Assembly (NCBI GenBank): GCA_038895475.1
Contig: JAWANI010000001.1
Location: 52,387-116,386 of the forward strand
From: Candidatus Woesearchaeota archaeon
GTDB lineage: Archaea; Nanobdellota; Nanobdellia; Woesearchaeales; UBA9642
Direction of reading: 5' to 3'
Length of the DNA stretch: 64,000 bases
The notes beneath the pieces were generated by a model. It did not search any database. It saw nothing but the letters and a program-made list of their open reading frames with translations, and was not told the DNA's origin. Shown piece by piece: positions 9,738-20,453 of this stretch (its first letter is position 1; the number at the start of each line of letters is the position of its first letter). Made by a program: the position numbers and the translations under genes.

Positions 9738-10394
9738 ATGGATAAAAAAGATTTTATGAATTTTATAAAAAAGATGAGAGAAAATTCTCCCAAGAGAAAT
9801 TTTGTTCAAGGGGTTGATCTTGTAGTTAATCTTCAAGACCTAGACTTTAAAAAGCCGGAACATCAAATAGATTTTTATATTGCACTGCCACATGGTACAG
9901 GTAAAAAGAAAAAAATAGCTGCATTTGTAGATGTTGACATGTATGATGAAGCAAAAGCAGTCTGTGATACGGTAATACCATTGGTGCAATTTGAAGAATA
10001 TGCAAAGGATAAGAAAAAAATAAAGAAATTGGCAAAAAACAACGATTATTTTATAGCACAATCAACATTAATGGCAAAGGTTGCAGCAACTTTTGGAAGA
10101 ATTCTGGGACCAAGAAATAAAATGCCAAACCCAAAAGCAGGATGCGTTGTGGCATCAAAATCAAACATAAAACCATTATATGAAAGATTGCAAAAAACAA
10201 TAAGAATATTGGCAAGGAATAAACCATTAATACAAGTTCAAATCGGCAGGGAAGACATGACTGATGAACAATTGTCAGAAAATCTTTTTTTTGTATATGA
10301 TCAAATAATACATCATCTTCCTAAGGAAAAAAACAATATAAAAAATGTTTTTGTTAAAACAACAATGGGAAGAGCAGTAAAGGTGGAGGTATAA
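9738..10394 (+). CDS. rpl1: 50S ribosomal protein L1
   Basis: 218 aa. Lies immediately upstream of P0/P1 as in archaeal L1-L10-L12 operons. The sequence has the L1 family pattern 'GKKKKIAAFVD...IAQSTLMAKVAATFGRILGPRNKMP'. Confidence 0.85.
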   Translation: MDKKDFMNFIKKMRENSPKRNFVQGVDLVVNLQDLDFKKPEHQIDFYIALPHGTGKKKKIAAFVDVDMYDEAKAVCDTVIPLVQFEEYAKDKKKIKKLAKNNDYFIAQSTLMAKVAATFGRILGPRNKMPNPKAGCVVASKSNIKPLYERLQKTIRILARNKPLIQVQIGREDMTDEQLSENLFFVYDQIIHHLPKEKNNIKNVFVKTTMGRAVKVEV

Positions 10395-10396
10395 AA

Positions 10397-11266
10397 ATGA
10401 GCGAAAAATCCACCATAAGGAAAACAAAAAAAATACCCCAATCAAAGATAAAAGCAGTAGAAGATCTTAAAAAATTATTTAAGGAATATCCTATAATAGC
10501 TTTATTAAATATAGAGAATCTTCCTGCAAAACAATTACAAGTGATGAAGAATAAACTAAGAAAGGATGCAATAATAAGAATTGCAAAAAAAACAATAATA
10601 AAAGAAGCATTTAAAGAATCAGATAAAAAGAACATAGATAGATTAAATGATTATTTAGTCGGCATGCCCGCCTTGCTGTTAACAAAAGAAAATCCGTTTA
10701 AACTTTATAAAACTCTAAAGAAAAGCAAAAGTTCTGCACCAATAAAAGCAGGCCAGGTTGCTCCTAAAGATATAATAGTTCCTGCAGGACAAACACCTTT
10801 TGCCCCGGGACCAATAATAGGAGAGCTTGGAATGTTAAAAATAAAAGCAGGAATAGATGGCGGAAAGGTTGCAATAAAGGAAGATGCTTTAGTTGCAAAG
10901 AAAGGCGATATCATAAAACCGCAATTAGCATCTTTGCTATTAAGATTAGGAATAGAGCCTATGGAGATTGGTTTGGAATTAGTTGCAGTATATGAAAATG
11001 GCGACATATTAACTAAAGATGTTTTAGATGTTGATGAAGATACACTAATAAAGCAGATACAACAAGCTTCAGTTGAGGCAGATGCCTTGGCCATAGAAAT
11101 ATCTTACATAAGCAAAGACACAATAAGTATTTTAATACAAAAAGCATTTAAAGATTCAAGAACTTTAGCAATTGAAAGAGATATACTAGCAGATTTAGTT
11201 ATAGACCAATTATTAGCGAAGGCTGATGCTCAGGCAGAATCATTAAAGAGAACTGCTAATTTGTAA
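10397..11266 (+). CDS. rplP0: 50S ribosomal stalk protein P0 (archaeal L10)
   Basis: 289 aa, archaeal length. N-terminal L10 domain and a C-terminal acidic/Ala-rich tail. Overlaps the L1 stop, consistent with translational coupling. Confidence 0.85.
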   Translation: MSEKSTIRKTKKIPQSKIKAVEDLKKLFKEYPIIALLNIENLPAKQLQVMKNKLRKDAIIRIAKKTIIKEAFKESDKKNIDRLNDYLVGMPALLLTKENPFKLYKTLKKSKSSAPIKAGQVAPKDIIVPAGQTPFAPGPIIGELGMLKIKAGIDGGKVAIKEDALVAKKGDIIKPQLASLLLRLGIEPMEIGLELVAVYENGDILTKDVLDVDEDTLIKQIQQASVEADALAIEISYISKDTISILIQKAFKDSRTLAIERDILADLVIDQLLAKADAQAESLKRTANL

Positions 11267-11314
11267 AATAGAAAAAAATATAATTATTAAAAATAATAAT
11301 TGTTGGAGGTAAAA

Positions 11315-11620
11315 ATGGAATATGTATATGCGGCAATGTTACTGCATAAAGCAGGTAAAAAAATAGATGAAGCATCTGTTAAGAAAGTATTGGAAGCGGC
11401 TGGAGTACATGTTGATGATGGCAGAGTAAAAGGATTAGTTGCAGCATTGGAAGGAGTGAATATAGATGAAGCAATAAAAAATGCAACAATTGTTGCTGCA
11501 CCAGTAGCAGCTGCACCAGCACACACAGAAACAAAAGCAGACCATAAAAAAGAAGAAAAGAAAGAAGATAAACAGGCAGAAGAACAATCAGCAGCAGGTT
11601 TAAGTGCTTTATTTGGTTAA
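11315..11620 (+). CDS. rpl12: 50S ribosomal stalk protein P1 (archaeal L12)
   Basis: Starts [16 protein letters not shown] after GGAGG. Ala-rich hinge and C-terminal 'EEKKEDK...GLSALFG', the signature of eukaryotic/archaeal P proteins. The ORF-track start at 11300 is likely 5 codons too early. Confidence 0.85.
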   Translation: MEYVYAAMLLHKAGKKIDEASVKKVLEAAGVHVDDGRVKGLVAALEGVNIDEAIKNATIVAAPVAAAPAHTETKADHKKEEKKEDKQAEEQSAAGLSALFG

Positions 11621-11653
11621 TTTTTTATAATTTAATTTTTATGTTTTTATGTT

Positions 11654-12553
11654 TTGAGGGCAAAAAATATGTTGAGTGAATCTGAGATAAAAAATCTTAT
11701 TGCTGAACTGAATTCTTTAAAATCAGAAATAAAAGATTTAAGACAAAATCTGCATAATTTAGATTATAAGAAGGAAGAACTATTTAGGGAAAAAAAGAAA
11801 GTAAGCTCAGACATATTTTCAAGAATAAAAAATGCAAGAGAAAATAAAACTAAGAGGGATTCTTTAACAGGAGTGGTTAAGAATACCAAATTAACAAAAG
11901 AAGAAATGGAATCAGAAATAGAACGAATAGAAGAAGAGATAAAAAAGTTAAAAGAAGAGAAAAAAAGGTTAACAGAAAAATTGGGCGTAGATGATCCCTT
12001 AAAAATAAAAAGCAATATTAGAAAAATAGAATTTAAAATAGAGACTGAAGCATTAAGTTTTGAAAAAGAAAAAGAATTAATGAAAGTTCTTCAAAAATTA
12101 AAGAAGCAATATGATAGTTCTAAATCTATACTGCAATTGAACAAGAAACTGGATTTATTGTTTAGAGAATCTAAAGAATTAAAATCGCAGCTGGATATGA
12201 CAAAAAAAATTGTTCAGGCATCTGTAAGGGAAAGCCAAAAACATCATCATGAATTAATTGAGTCTACTAAAGAGATTGATGAATTAAGAAAGAAGGACTC
12301 AGAGTTAGAAGATAAAATATCTAAAATAAAAAATGAGATGCATAAAATAATCGAAGAATTAGATAAGAGGAATCTCAGGGTTTCTGAAATAAAAAAATTA
12401 TTGAATGAAAATAATGTTCAACTAAAAGAGGACTTTGAAAAAGCAAATCAGCAATTATTAAAGCATAAGGATGAAGAAGTTAAAGAAAAGCTTAAGTCAG
12501 GAAAAAAATTGACTACAGAAGATTTATTAATACTTCAGAGAACAATGAATTGA
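11654..12553 (+). CDS. Hypothetical coiled-coil protein (K/E-rich)
   Basis: 299 aa with heptad-like K/E/L periodicity throughout. No enzymatic motif. Confidence 0.35.
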   Translation: MRAKNMLSESEIKNLIAELNSLKSEIKDLRQNLHNLDYKKEELFREKKKVSSDIFSRIKNARENKTKRDSLTGVVKNTKLTKEEMESEIERIEEEIKKLKEEKKRLTEKLGVDDPLKIKSNIRKIEFKIETEALSFEKEKELMKVLQKLKKQYDSSKSILQLNKKLDLLFRESKELKSQLDMTKKIVQASVRESQKHHHELIESTKEIDELRKKDSELEDKISKIKNEMHKIIEELDKRNLRVSEIKKLLNENNVQLKEDFEKANQQLLKHKDEEVKEKLKSGKKLTTEDLLILQRTMN

Positions 12554-12619
12554 TTTCTTAAGAGTTAAAATTCGGATTTAAAGTTTAAATTTATAAACCT
12601 GTATGTTTTTCTCAGTGTC

Positions 12620-13375
12620 ATGACATTATATTTTATAGGAATAGGATTAAATGATGAAAAAGATATAACCTTAAAGGGTTTGGAAGCCATTAAGAAATGT
12701 GAATATGTTTACTTAGAAAATTATACATCAATTCTTCAAGTACCAATATCAAAATTAGAGGACTTGTACGGAAAAAAAGTGCTGCTTGCAGATAGAACAT
12801 TAGTAGAGAAAAACGCAGATATAATTATTAATAATGCAAAAGATAATGATGTGGCTTTTCTTGTTGTAGGAGATATTTTTGGTGCTACTACGCATACAGA
12901 TTTGATGCTGAGAGCGAAAAAAGACTCTGTAAAATGTGAATTCATACATAATGCATCAATACTTAATGCAGTAGGAATAACAGGTCTAGAATTATATAAA
13001 TTTGGCAAAATTACCAGCATACCTTTTACAGAAAAAGGCTTTAAACCAGAAACGTATTATGATGTTTTAAAAATGAATAAGGAAATGGGTTTGCATACTT
13101 TAATATTATTGGACTTAAGACCACAAGAGGGCAGATTTATTACAATTAATCTTGCCATAAAATATCTTCTTGAAATAAATGCCTCTCGAGGAGATGATGT
13201 TTTCAATGAGAATACCATGGTTGTTGGATGTGCAAGAATTGGTGGAGACTTCCATATAAAATATGGCAAAGCAAAGGATTTAATTAACTATGATTTTGGA
13301 AAGCCGCTGCATTGTATTATTGTTCCAGGCAAATTGCATTTCATGGAAGAAGAAGCATTAAAGCAGTGGGAATAA
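12620..13375 (+). CDS. dph5: Diphthine synthase (EF-2 diphthamide biosynthesis methyltransferase)
   Basis: 251 aa tetrapyrrole-methylase-fold protein. 'LYFIGIGLNDEKDITLKGLEAIKKCEYVYLENYTS' and 'VAFLVVGDIFGATTHTDL' match the Dph5 family. Confidence 0.75.
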   Translation: MTLYFIGIGLNDEKDITLKGLEAIKKCEYVYLENYTSILQVPISKLEDLYGKKVLLADRTLVEKNADIIINNAKDNDVAFLVVGDIFGATTHTDLMLRAKKDSVKCEFIHNASILNAVGITGLELYKFGKITSIPFTEKGFKPETYYDVLKMNKEMGLHTLILLDLRPQEGRFITINLAIKYLLEINASRGDDVFNENTMVVGCARIGGDFHIKYGKAKDLINYDFGKPLHCIIVPGKLHFMEEEALKQWE

Positions 13376-13547
13376 TTAACAAAGTATTTGTGTTCTTTAT
13401 TTTTTCTAAAAATGCTTCTATAATGTGATAAAGCATATATTTATATATTTGTTGTTATTTCTAAATATGTAGTGATTTTTACGTCTAGTATTACTTTCAG
13501 GTATTTATCTGTTAGCTGCTTCTCGTAAAATTCAAGGAGGAATAAAA

Positions 13548-13709
13548 ATGGAAAGAAATTTTAGGTCCGGTCAAAGATTTTTTGGACCAAGGGAAATGCA
13601 TAAAGCAACTTGTTCAGATTGCGGAAAGGAAACAGAAGTTCCTTTTAAGCCAACAGAGGGCAAGCCTGTTTATTGCAGGGAATGTTATCAAAAACATAAA
13701 AGGTTCTAA
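13548..13709 (+). CDS. Small (53 aa) Zn-ribbon protein, CxxC...CxxC, absent from the ORF track
   Basis: GGAGG 7 nt upstream of ATG. Protein MERNFRSGQRFFGPREMHKATCSDCGKETEVPFKPTEGKPVYCRECYQKHKRF. Confidence 0.45.
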   Translation: MERNFRSGQRFFGPREMHKATCSDCGKETEVPFKPTEGKPVYCRECYQKHKRF

Positions 13710-13839
13710 GTAAAAGGATTCTAAGTTATTATTTAAGAATCGTATTTTTAATATTTCTTTTTGTTATTTTTTTCATAAAATTTATATATAAGTTAATTTT
13801 ACATATACTTTGTTGATTTTAAATCAACAATAAGCACAG

Positions 13840-14454
13840 GTGTTTTTTATGAAAAAGAAAGATACTTCAGAGGTACAAGAAGAAACACAAAAAAATACAA
13901 AAGAACCAAAAGAAAACAATCAAAAAATAACAGAAGAACAATACACTGAACTATTAGATACTCTAAAAAGATTACAAGCAGAATTTGAAAACTACAAAAA
14001 AAGACAGGAAAAAGAAACACTTCAGATAATAAAAAATGCAAATGCAGAATTAATAAAAAAAATATTGCCTGTGCTAGACAGTTTTGAATTAGCAATAAAA
14101 AACACAAATGGAAACACTGAAGAAATAATAAAATTCAAGAAAGGATTAGAAATGATATATGCACAGCTATTCAGTATATTAAAAGAGCAGGGATTGCGTA
14201 CAATAGAATCAGAAGGAAAAATATTTGACCCATATAAACATGAAGTATTAATGATAAAAGAGGACAATAATTTTGAAGATGACACAATCATAGAAGAACT
14301 TCAAAAAGGATATATGTTAAACGATATTGTATTACGACATACGAAAGTAATGATTGCAAAACACAATAAAGAAAGTATGGAGGGTAATAAAGATACTGAA
14401 AATAATTTTTTGAATGAAAAAAAGGAGATGAAAAATGAGCACCATAAAGAATGA
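13840..14454 (+). CDS. grpE: GrpE nucleotide exchange factor
   Basis: 204 aa. Coiled-coil N-terminus and a C-terminal GrpE beta domain. First gene of a grpE-dnaK-dnaJ arrangement. Start may be 13849. Confidence 0.85.
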   Translation: MFFMKKKDTSEVQEETQKNTKEPKENNQKITEEQYTELLDTLKRLQAEFENYKKRQEKETLQIIKNANAELIKKILPVLDSFELAIKNTNGNTEEIIKFKKGLEMIYAQLFSILKEQGLRTIESEGKIFDPYKHEVLMIKEDNNFEDDTIIEELQKGYMLNDIVLRHTKVMIAKHNKESMEGNKDTENNFLNEKKEMKNEHHKE

Positions 14455-14737
14455 TGAAAAACAAACTTACTATTTAACATCAGAATCAATATTAAAATAT
14501 TTTTTGAATAAATCAGAAACCCTAGACACATTAATTATGTGCAAAGCAAGTGAAATAAATATTACCACAACAGATTTTAATTTATATGAAGCATTAGGAA
14601 GTATAGAAGATAGGGATAATTTTAACATAAACAAACTTATAAAATTTTTAGAGGCAGTTCGCATAGAACCCGGTCCAAAGAGAATACTTACACATGAAAG
14701 AGTTGAAGAATTACGAAAATTAGCATTTGAATATTAA
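14435..14737 (+). CDS. Hypothetical 100-aa protein overlapping the grpE 3' end
   Basis: Preceded by GGAG. No recognised motif. Lies between grpE and dnaK. Confidence 0.35.
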   Translation: MSTIKNDEKQTYYLTSESILKYFLNKSETLDTLIMCKASEINITTTDFNLYEALGSIEDRDNFNINKLIKFLEAVRIEPGPKRILTHERVEELRKLAFEY

Positions 14738-14787
14738 TTAAAATTTTAAAACAAAATTTAGAGCGAGATTTTTTAATTAAAAAAATT

Positions 14788-15177
14788 ATGGAGGAAAAAA
14801 TGGCTGAAGAAGAACTAAATTCAATGAACAAGATTAATTTTATGGTAAATGATGGTGAATCATTTTTTTCAAATGAGATGTCAATAACTTTTGGTCCAGC
14901 ACAATTTGCCTTGGATTTCAAAAATATAAGCCCAAGAATAGATATGAGGAATCAGGACGGCTCAAAAACATTTGTAATGAAGCATAATGTAATATTAGTG
15001 GAACCATACCAAATTAAACAATTTGCAAAAGTCTTGAATGATGCAATATCAAGATATGAAATGGAATATGGAACAATAGACCTTCCGCAGGCAATAAGGA
15101 AAGCAGAACAAGAATTGCAGAAAGTAATTCAAAAGCAAGAAACAACAAGTCATGATGTTCCAAGTTATTTTGGCTGA
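14788..15177 (+). CDS. Hypothetical 129-aa protein, resembles the DUF3467 family (from memory)
   Basis: 'INFMVNDGESFFSNEMSITFGPAQFALDF...FAKVLNDAISRYEMEYGTIDLP' fits my recollection of the DUF3467 pattern (INF...YSN...EFxLDF...KYE..FG). Confidence 0.4.
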   Translation: MEEKMAEEELNSMNKINFMVNDGESFFSNEMSITFGPAQFALDFKNISPRIDMRNQDGSKTFVMKHNVILVEPYQIKQFAKVLNDAISRYEMEYGTIDLPQAIRKAEQELQKVIQKQETTSHDVPSYFG

Positions 15178-15256
15178 TTTGTTAATTTTATGTTTATAAT
15201 TTGTTTTAAAATATAACGTTAAAAAAGTGTATTGAAATCAAAATATGGAGGTTAAA

Positions 15257-17095
15257 ATGGCAAAAATCATAGGTATCGATTTAGGAACTTCAAATAGTGC
15301 AGCAGCAGTGCTTGAAGGTGGAAAACCAAAAATAATACCTTCTGCAGAGGGAATGACAATGTACGGAAAAGCATTCCCGAGTGTTGTTGCATTTACAAAG
15401 CAGGGAGAATTACTTGTTGGGGAACCCGCAAGGAGACAAGCAGTAAGCAATCCTGAAGGAACAATAATTGCTGCTAAAAGAAAAATGGGTACTAATCATA
15501 AGTATAAAATATATGGTAAAGAATATACTCCGCAGCAAATATCGGCATTTATACTTCAAAAAATAAAAAGGGATGCAGAAGCATTCTTAGGAGAAAAAAT
15601 AGAAAAAGCAGTAATAACTGTTCCTGCTTATTTTGATGATAATCAGAGACAGGCAACAAAAGATGCCGGAACAATAGCAGGCTTAGAAGTTGTAAGGATA
15701 ATAAATGAACCAACAGCAGCAGCATTAAGTTATGGTCTTGATAAAACACATGCACATAAAGTTTTAGTATTTGATTTAGGAGGAGGGACATTGGATGTAA
15801 CAATAATGGAATTTGAAGATGGTGTTTTTGAGGTAAAATCAACAAGCGGGGATACACAATTAGGTGGAACAGACATGGATAATGCATTAGTAGAATACTT
15901 AGTTAAGGAATTCAAAAAACAAGAAGGCGTAGATCTTACTAAAGATAAGGTGGCAATGCAAAGACTTGTTGAAGCTGCAGAAAAAGCCAAAATAGAATTA
16001 TCTACAGTATTAGATACAGAAATAAATCTACCATATATTACAGCAACACAGGAAGGTCCTAAGCATTTTAACATGAAATTAACCAGAGCAAAGCTGGAAC
16101 AAATAGTTGAACCCATAATAAAAAGATGTAAACATCCAATAGAACAAGCATTGAGTGATGCTAAAATTTCAGCAAAAGAAATAGAGAAAGTAATACTAGT
16201 TGGGGGACCCACAAGAATGCCCATAGTGCAGAAATTTGTAGAGGAGGTAACTGGAAAAAAAGTTGAAAGAGGGGTTGATCCAATGGAATGTGTTGCTTTA
16301 GGAGCAGCAATACAAGGAGGAGTTTTGGCAGGAGAAGTTAAAGATGTTTTGCTATTAGATGTTACCCCTTTAAGTCTTGGAATTGAAACATTAGGGGGAG
16401 TATTTACAAAATTGATAGAAAGAAATACAACCATACCCACAAAAAAATCTCAAATATTTTCAACAGCAACAGACAATCAAAGTGCAGTAACAATACATGT
16501 ACTGCAGGGTGAAAGGCCGATGGCTGCAGACAATAAAAGTTTAGGAAGATTTGATTTAATAGGAATACCTCCGGCACCAAGAGGTATACCCCAAATAGAA
16601 GTAACTTTTGATATAGATGCCAATGGCATAGTTCATGTAACAGCAAAAGATTTAGGGACAGGAAAAGAACAAAGCATAAGAATAACTGCTTCCCAAAAGC
16701 TTTCTGATGAAGAAATAGAGCGTATGAGAAAAGAAGCAGAATTACATGCAGAGGAAGATAAGAAAAAGAAAGAAGAAATAGAGTTATTAAATCAGGCCGA
16801 TGCATTGGTATACAGTTCAGAAAAACTTTTTGAGGAATTGAAAGGAAAAGTTGATGATTCCAAAATTGAAAGTGTAAAGAAAGAAGTTGATGAGTTAAAG
16901 AAATTAATAAATGAGAAGAATGTTAAGGAAATAAAATCAAAACTTGAGCATGTAAATAAAAAGATACAGGAATTAAGTATTGAATTGTATGAAAAAGCTT
17001 CAAAAGAATCTGCGAAGCAGGAAGATAAACATAAAGAAGAAGCCGATAATGTGTATGATGCAGAATATAAAGAAAAAGATGAAGACAAAAAATAG
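15257..17095 (+). CDS. dnaK: Hsp70 chaperone DnaK
   Basis: Starts [14 protein letters not shown] after GGAGG. The ORF-track start 15245 overlaps the SD. 'DLGGGTLDV', 'VGGPTRMP', and a C-terminal lid with EEDKKKKEE. Confidence 0.95.
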   Translation: MAKIIGIDLGTSNSAAAVLEGGKPKIIPSAEGMTMYGKAFPSVVAFTKQGELLVGEPARRQAVSNPEGTIIAAKRKMGTNHKYKIYGKEYTPQQISAFILQKIKRDAEAFLGEKIEKAVITVPAYFDDNQRQATKDAGTIAGLEVVRIINEPTAAALSYGLDKTHAHKVLVFDLGGGTLDVTIMEFEDGVFEVKSTSGDTQLGGTDMDNALVEYLVKEFKKQEGVDLTKDKVAMQRLVEAAEKAKIELSTVLDTEINLPYITATQEGPKHFNMKLTRAKLEQIVEPIIKRCKHPIEQALSDAKISAKEIEKVILVGGPTRMPIVQKFVEEVTGKKVERGVDPMECVALGAAIQGGVLAGEVKDVLLLDVTPLSLGIETLGGVFTKLIERNTTIPTKKSQIFSTATDNQSAVTIHVLQGERPMAADNKSLGRFDLIGIPPAPRGIPQIEVTFDIDANGIVHVTAKDLGTGKEQSIRITASQKLSDEEIERMRKEAELHAEEDKKKKEEIELLNQADALVYSSEKLFEELKGKVDDSKIESVKKEVDELKKLINEKNVKEIKSKLEHVNKKIQELSIELYEKASKESAKQEDKHKEEADNVYDAEYKEKDEDKK

Positions 17096-17164
17096 TAATA
17101 TATTTATAAACCTTGATTTTATTGCTTATTTTTAAATTATTTTATGTTTGTTTGTTGGTGATTT

Positions 17165-18247
17165 ATGGCAGAAAAAGATTATTATAAGATATTGGGTGTA
17201 AACAGGAATGCTACAAAAGAAGAAATTAAATCTGCATATAAAAGATTAGCGAAGCAGTATCATCCTGATGTTAATAAAGATCCTGATGCTGCAGAAAAAT
17301 TTAAAGAAATAAATGAAGCTGCTTCTGTTTTGGGAGATGATGCAAAAAGAAAACAATATGATCAGTTCGGTGCTGATTTTGAAAGAAGATATCATCAAAA
17401 CTTTTCAAGAGAATTTTCTGATTTTGATTTTGAGGATATGGATTTCGGTGACTTATTTGAAATGTTTTTTGGCGGAGGATATTCTGGCAGATCCAGAAGA
17501 AGTCGTGGCAGGGATCTTAGATATGATTTGGAAATAACATTAGAAGAGGCGGCTTTTGGAACTAAAAAAGAAATATCAATACAGAAGCCTGAAACTTGTT
17601 CTGAATGTAATGGAAAAGGCGGTGATGATTTTGAAACTTGTTCTGAATGTAATGGCAAAGGTGTGAAGAGGATAACACAAAGAACTCCTTTCGGAATTTT
17701 TCAGTCTACAGTAACTTGTAAGAAGTGCGAAGGTAGGGGGGAAATAATAAGAAATATTTGTAAAGAGTGTGATGGTGAAGGAATAATTAATAAGAAGAAG
17801 AAGATTGAAATAAATATACCTGCTGGTGTTTATACTGGTTCACAATTAAGAATAAAAGGAGAAGGAGAGGCAGTAAAAAATGGTCAATCTGGAGACTTAT
17901 ACATAGTTATTTCTGTTGAACCACATAAATATTTTGAGCGGGAAGAAGATGATATTATATTGGAAGTCCCTATAACTATAACCCAAGCAATACTCGGCGA
18001 TGTTATCGAAATTCCAACACTTAATGGAAAAGTCGACTTAAAAATACCTAAGGGTACACAACCAGGAACTATTTTAAGATTAAAAGGCAAAGGCATAAAG
18101 CATCTTAATTATCCAGGTTCTGGTGATCAGCTTGTTAAGGTTAAAGTAATTATACCTGAAAAATTAACTAAGAAACAAGAAGAATTGATAAGAGAATTTG
18201 CTTCGATAGAAAAACCTAAGAATATTTTTGAGAAGTTATTTAAATAA
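17165..18247 (+). CDS. dnaJ: Hsp40 co-chaperone DnaJ
   Basis: J domain 'DYYKILGV...YHPDVNKD'. G/F region. Four CxxCxGxG zinc-finger repeats. C-terminal substrate-binding domains. Confidence 0.9.
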   Translation: MAEKDYYKILGVNRNATKEEIKSAYKRLAKQYHPDVNKDPDAAEKFKEINEAASVLGDDAKRKQYDQFGADFERRYHQNFSREFSDFDFEDMDFGDLFEMFFGGGYSGRSRRSRGRDLRYDLEITLEEAAFGTKKEISIQKPETCSECNGKGGDDFETCSECNGKGVKRITQRTPFGIFQSTVTCKKCEGRGEIIRNICKECDGEGIINKKKKIEINIPAGVYTGSQLRIKGEGEAVKNGQSGDLYIVISVEPHKYFEREEDDIILEVPITITQAILGDVIEIPTLNGKVDLKIPKGTQPGTILRLKGKGIKHLNYPGSGDQLVKVKVIIPEKLTKKQEELIREFASIEKPKNIFEKLFK

Positions 18248-18448
18248 AATATTATTGATATGTTATATCGTTGATATTTTTTATTTTTGATATTTTTATT
18301 ATTTATTAGTGAGTATAATAATGATATTTTTATATTCTATAAAGTTATTAAAAAACCACTCTAAAAAAAGTATTTTTCACTTTACAATAGAAAAATTTAA
18401 ATACTAAATGCATTTATTTTTATTATTAAAATGGTAGGGTGATTAAAT

Positions 18449-19672
18449 ATGAAATTTACAAGAGAGTTTAAATCTATAATTATTTATATGCTTGGTTTTT
18501 TTGCAATAGTTATGTTATTAACGGCTTGTCAGCCAAAGCAAAACACCATTCCAAATATAACTTTAGAAGGTGCGATGATAACAACTGAAAATATAACAAT
18601 TAATCAAACACCACAAACATCTGCTAATGCCTCAGAAGAATATTCAGATGTTAAATATGTTATAACAGGTACAGAAGGGGATTTAATAAAACTAGAATTA
18701 AAAGCAACTGATCCGGATGGAGATAAAATAACTTATACTTATGGAAGACCTTTTAATGATAATGGATTATGGCAAACAAAAGATGGTGATGCAGGCAAAT
18801 ATTTAATAAAAGTAACTGCTTCAGATGGTAAATCAGAAGCTTCAACAGATGTTCTTGTAGTAATAAAACCCAGCAATAAACCACCAATAATAGATTGTAT
18901 AGATGATATAAGAGTAAAAGAAGGCGAAACAGTAGAATTAAAATGCAACTTCTTTGATAAAGAAAATGATCCGTTAGTAGTAGAATACTCTGGATGGATG
19001 ACATCAACGACATATACTACAAACTATGAATCTGCCGGAAAACACAAAGTTTTTGTTAAAGTATCAGATGGTATCCATAATGTTTCAAAAACAATAAATA
19101 TTATTGTAGATAATGTTAACAGAGCGCCCATATTTAATGAAAAATTAAAAGATATAACTGTTGTTGAAACAGACATAGTAACTTTAAAACCAAAAGTATC
19201 CGACCCAGATGGTGATGAATTAAAAATAACATATTCAGAACCATTCAATAGCAATGGAGTGTGGAAAACAAAAATAGGCGATGCAGGAACTTATCCTGTG
19301 TCTGTAGTTGTTTCAGACGGTTCATTAACTACAAAAGAAACATTTACATTAACAGTAAAGATGCTAAACACTGCACCAGTCATGAAAACAATACCAAATA
19401 TAACAGTTGAAGAAGGAGAAACAGTAATAATCAAACCAGATGTTGCTGACAGAGAAGGAGATGTTATTATTATAAAATATTCCGGATGGATGAAAGAATC
19501 AACATATACTACAACATATGATGACGCATATCCGAAAGGTTGTGACAAACCAGGATGTTCAGCAACATATAAAGTAATAGTTAATGTATCAGATGGACAA
19601 TATAGTGTTGTACAAGATGTATATGTTACAGTAAAAGATAAGAACAGGCCACCACAATTCGTATGGCCTTAA
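18449..19672 (+). CDS. Secreted/lipoprotein-like repeat protein with four alternating cadherin-like/Ig-like repeats
   Basis: Signal peptide with 'LLTAC'. Repeats: 'ATDPDGDKITYTYGRPFNDNGLWQTKDGDAGKY...SDG', then 'DKENDPLVVEYSGWMTSTTYTTNY...SDG', then each repeat again with variation. Confidence 0.55.
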   Translation: MKFTREFKSIIIYMLGFFAIVMLLTACQPKQNTIPNITLEGAMITTENITINQTPQTSANASEEYSDVKYVITGTEGDLIKLELKATDPDGDKITYTYGRPFNDNGLWQTKDGDAGKYLIKVTASDGKSEASTDVLVVIKPSNKPPIIDCIDDIRVKEGETVELKCNFFDKENDPLVVEYSGWMTSTTYTTNYESAGKHKVFVKVSDGIHNVSKTINIIVDNVNRAPIFNEKLKDITVVETDIVTLKPKVSDPDGDELKITYSEPFNSNGVWKTKIGDAGTYPVSVVVSDGSLTTKETFTLTVKMLNTAPVMKTIPNITVEEGETVIIKPDVADREGDVIIIKYSGWMKESTYTTTYDDAYPKGCDKPGCSATYKVIVNVSDGQYSVVQDVYVTVKDKNRPPQFVWP

Positions 19673-19768
19673 TTTTTCATATTTTTTATTATTCCTTTTT
19701 TTTTATAAAATTCTAAAATAAAAGTTTAATCAGTTAAATTTAAATAAAATCTAGGAGTTATTTCTTTT

Positions 19769-20362
19769 ATGGGAAAGGCAGAAGAATTAGATGATATTAA
19801 AAACAGAATATTAAGTGAATTGATTTGTCCATTAAAAGATAATGCCAAAAATCTTGTATTTGGCAAAGGCAATCCAGATGCAAAAATAATGTTTATAGGT
19901 GAAGCCCCAGGAGAAAAAGAGGACGAACTTGGAATGCCGTTTGTTGGGGCTGCAGGAAAAGAACTTGATAAATTATTAAGATCAATAAATCTCACATTGG
20001 AAGATGTTTATATTGCAAATATTTTAAAGTATAGGCCCCCAAATAATAGAGATCCTACAAAAGAGGAAATAAAGAGGCATACACCATACTTGATAGAACA
20101 GATAAAAATAATAAAACCAAAAATAATATGCACATTAGGGAATTATGCTACAAAATTTGTTTTAGCATCATTTGATATATCTAAAATGAACAAAATTGAG
20201 GGTATATCAAAAATTCATGGGAAAGTTCGTGAAATTCAGATAGAGGAAAGAGTTATAAAAGTAATTCCTTTATATCATCCTGCAGCCATGCTTTATAATC
20301 CGGTTTTAAGAAATATTTTAGCTCAGGATTTTTTAGAGATAAGCAAGATACTTTCTTCTTAA
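19769..20362 (+). CDS. Uracil-DNA glycosylase superfamily protein (family 4/5-like)
   Basis: '[27 protein letters not shown]' and '[16 protein letters not shown]' match the UDG family 4 motifs. Confidence 0.75.
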   Translation: MGKAEELDDIKNRILSELICPLKDNAKNLVFGKGNPDAKIMFIGEAPGEKEDELGMPFVGAAGKELDKLLRSINLTLEDVYIANILKYRPPNNRDPTKEEIKRHTPYLIEQIKIIKPKIICTLGNYATKFVLASFDISKMNKIEGISKIHGKVREIQIEERVIKVIPLYHPAAMLYNPVLRNILAQDFLEISKILSS

Positions 20363-20453
20363 CAATATATGTGTTGAGATGATTAATAATTATTTATAAA
20401 TTTCTACATAATGACAACAAACCTTTAAATAACCATAGAGTATATTTTTATTT

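Noticed and set aside
12620-13375. Alternative call as a uroporphyrinogen/precorrin methyltransferase
   Set aside because: Same fold, but the size (251 aa), the N-terminal 'YFIGIGL' and the archaeal translation-gene context favour diphthine synthase.
18250-18448. Direct TTGATATTTTT repeats upstream of the cadherin-like repeat gene
   Set aside because: Short AT-only repeats are expected by chance at this base composition. They are noted but not scored.
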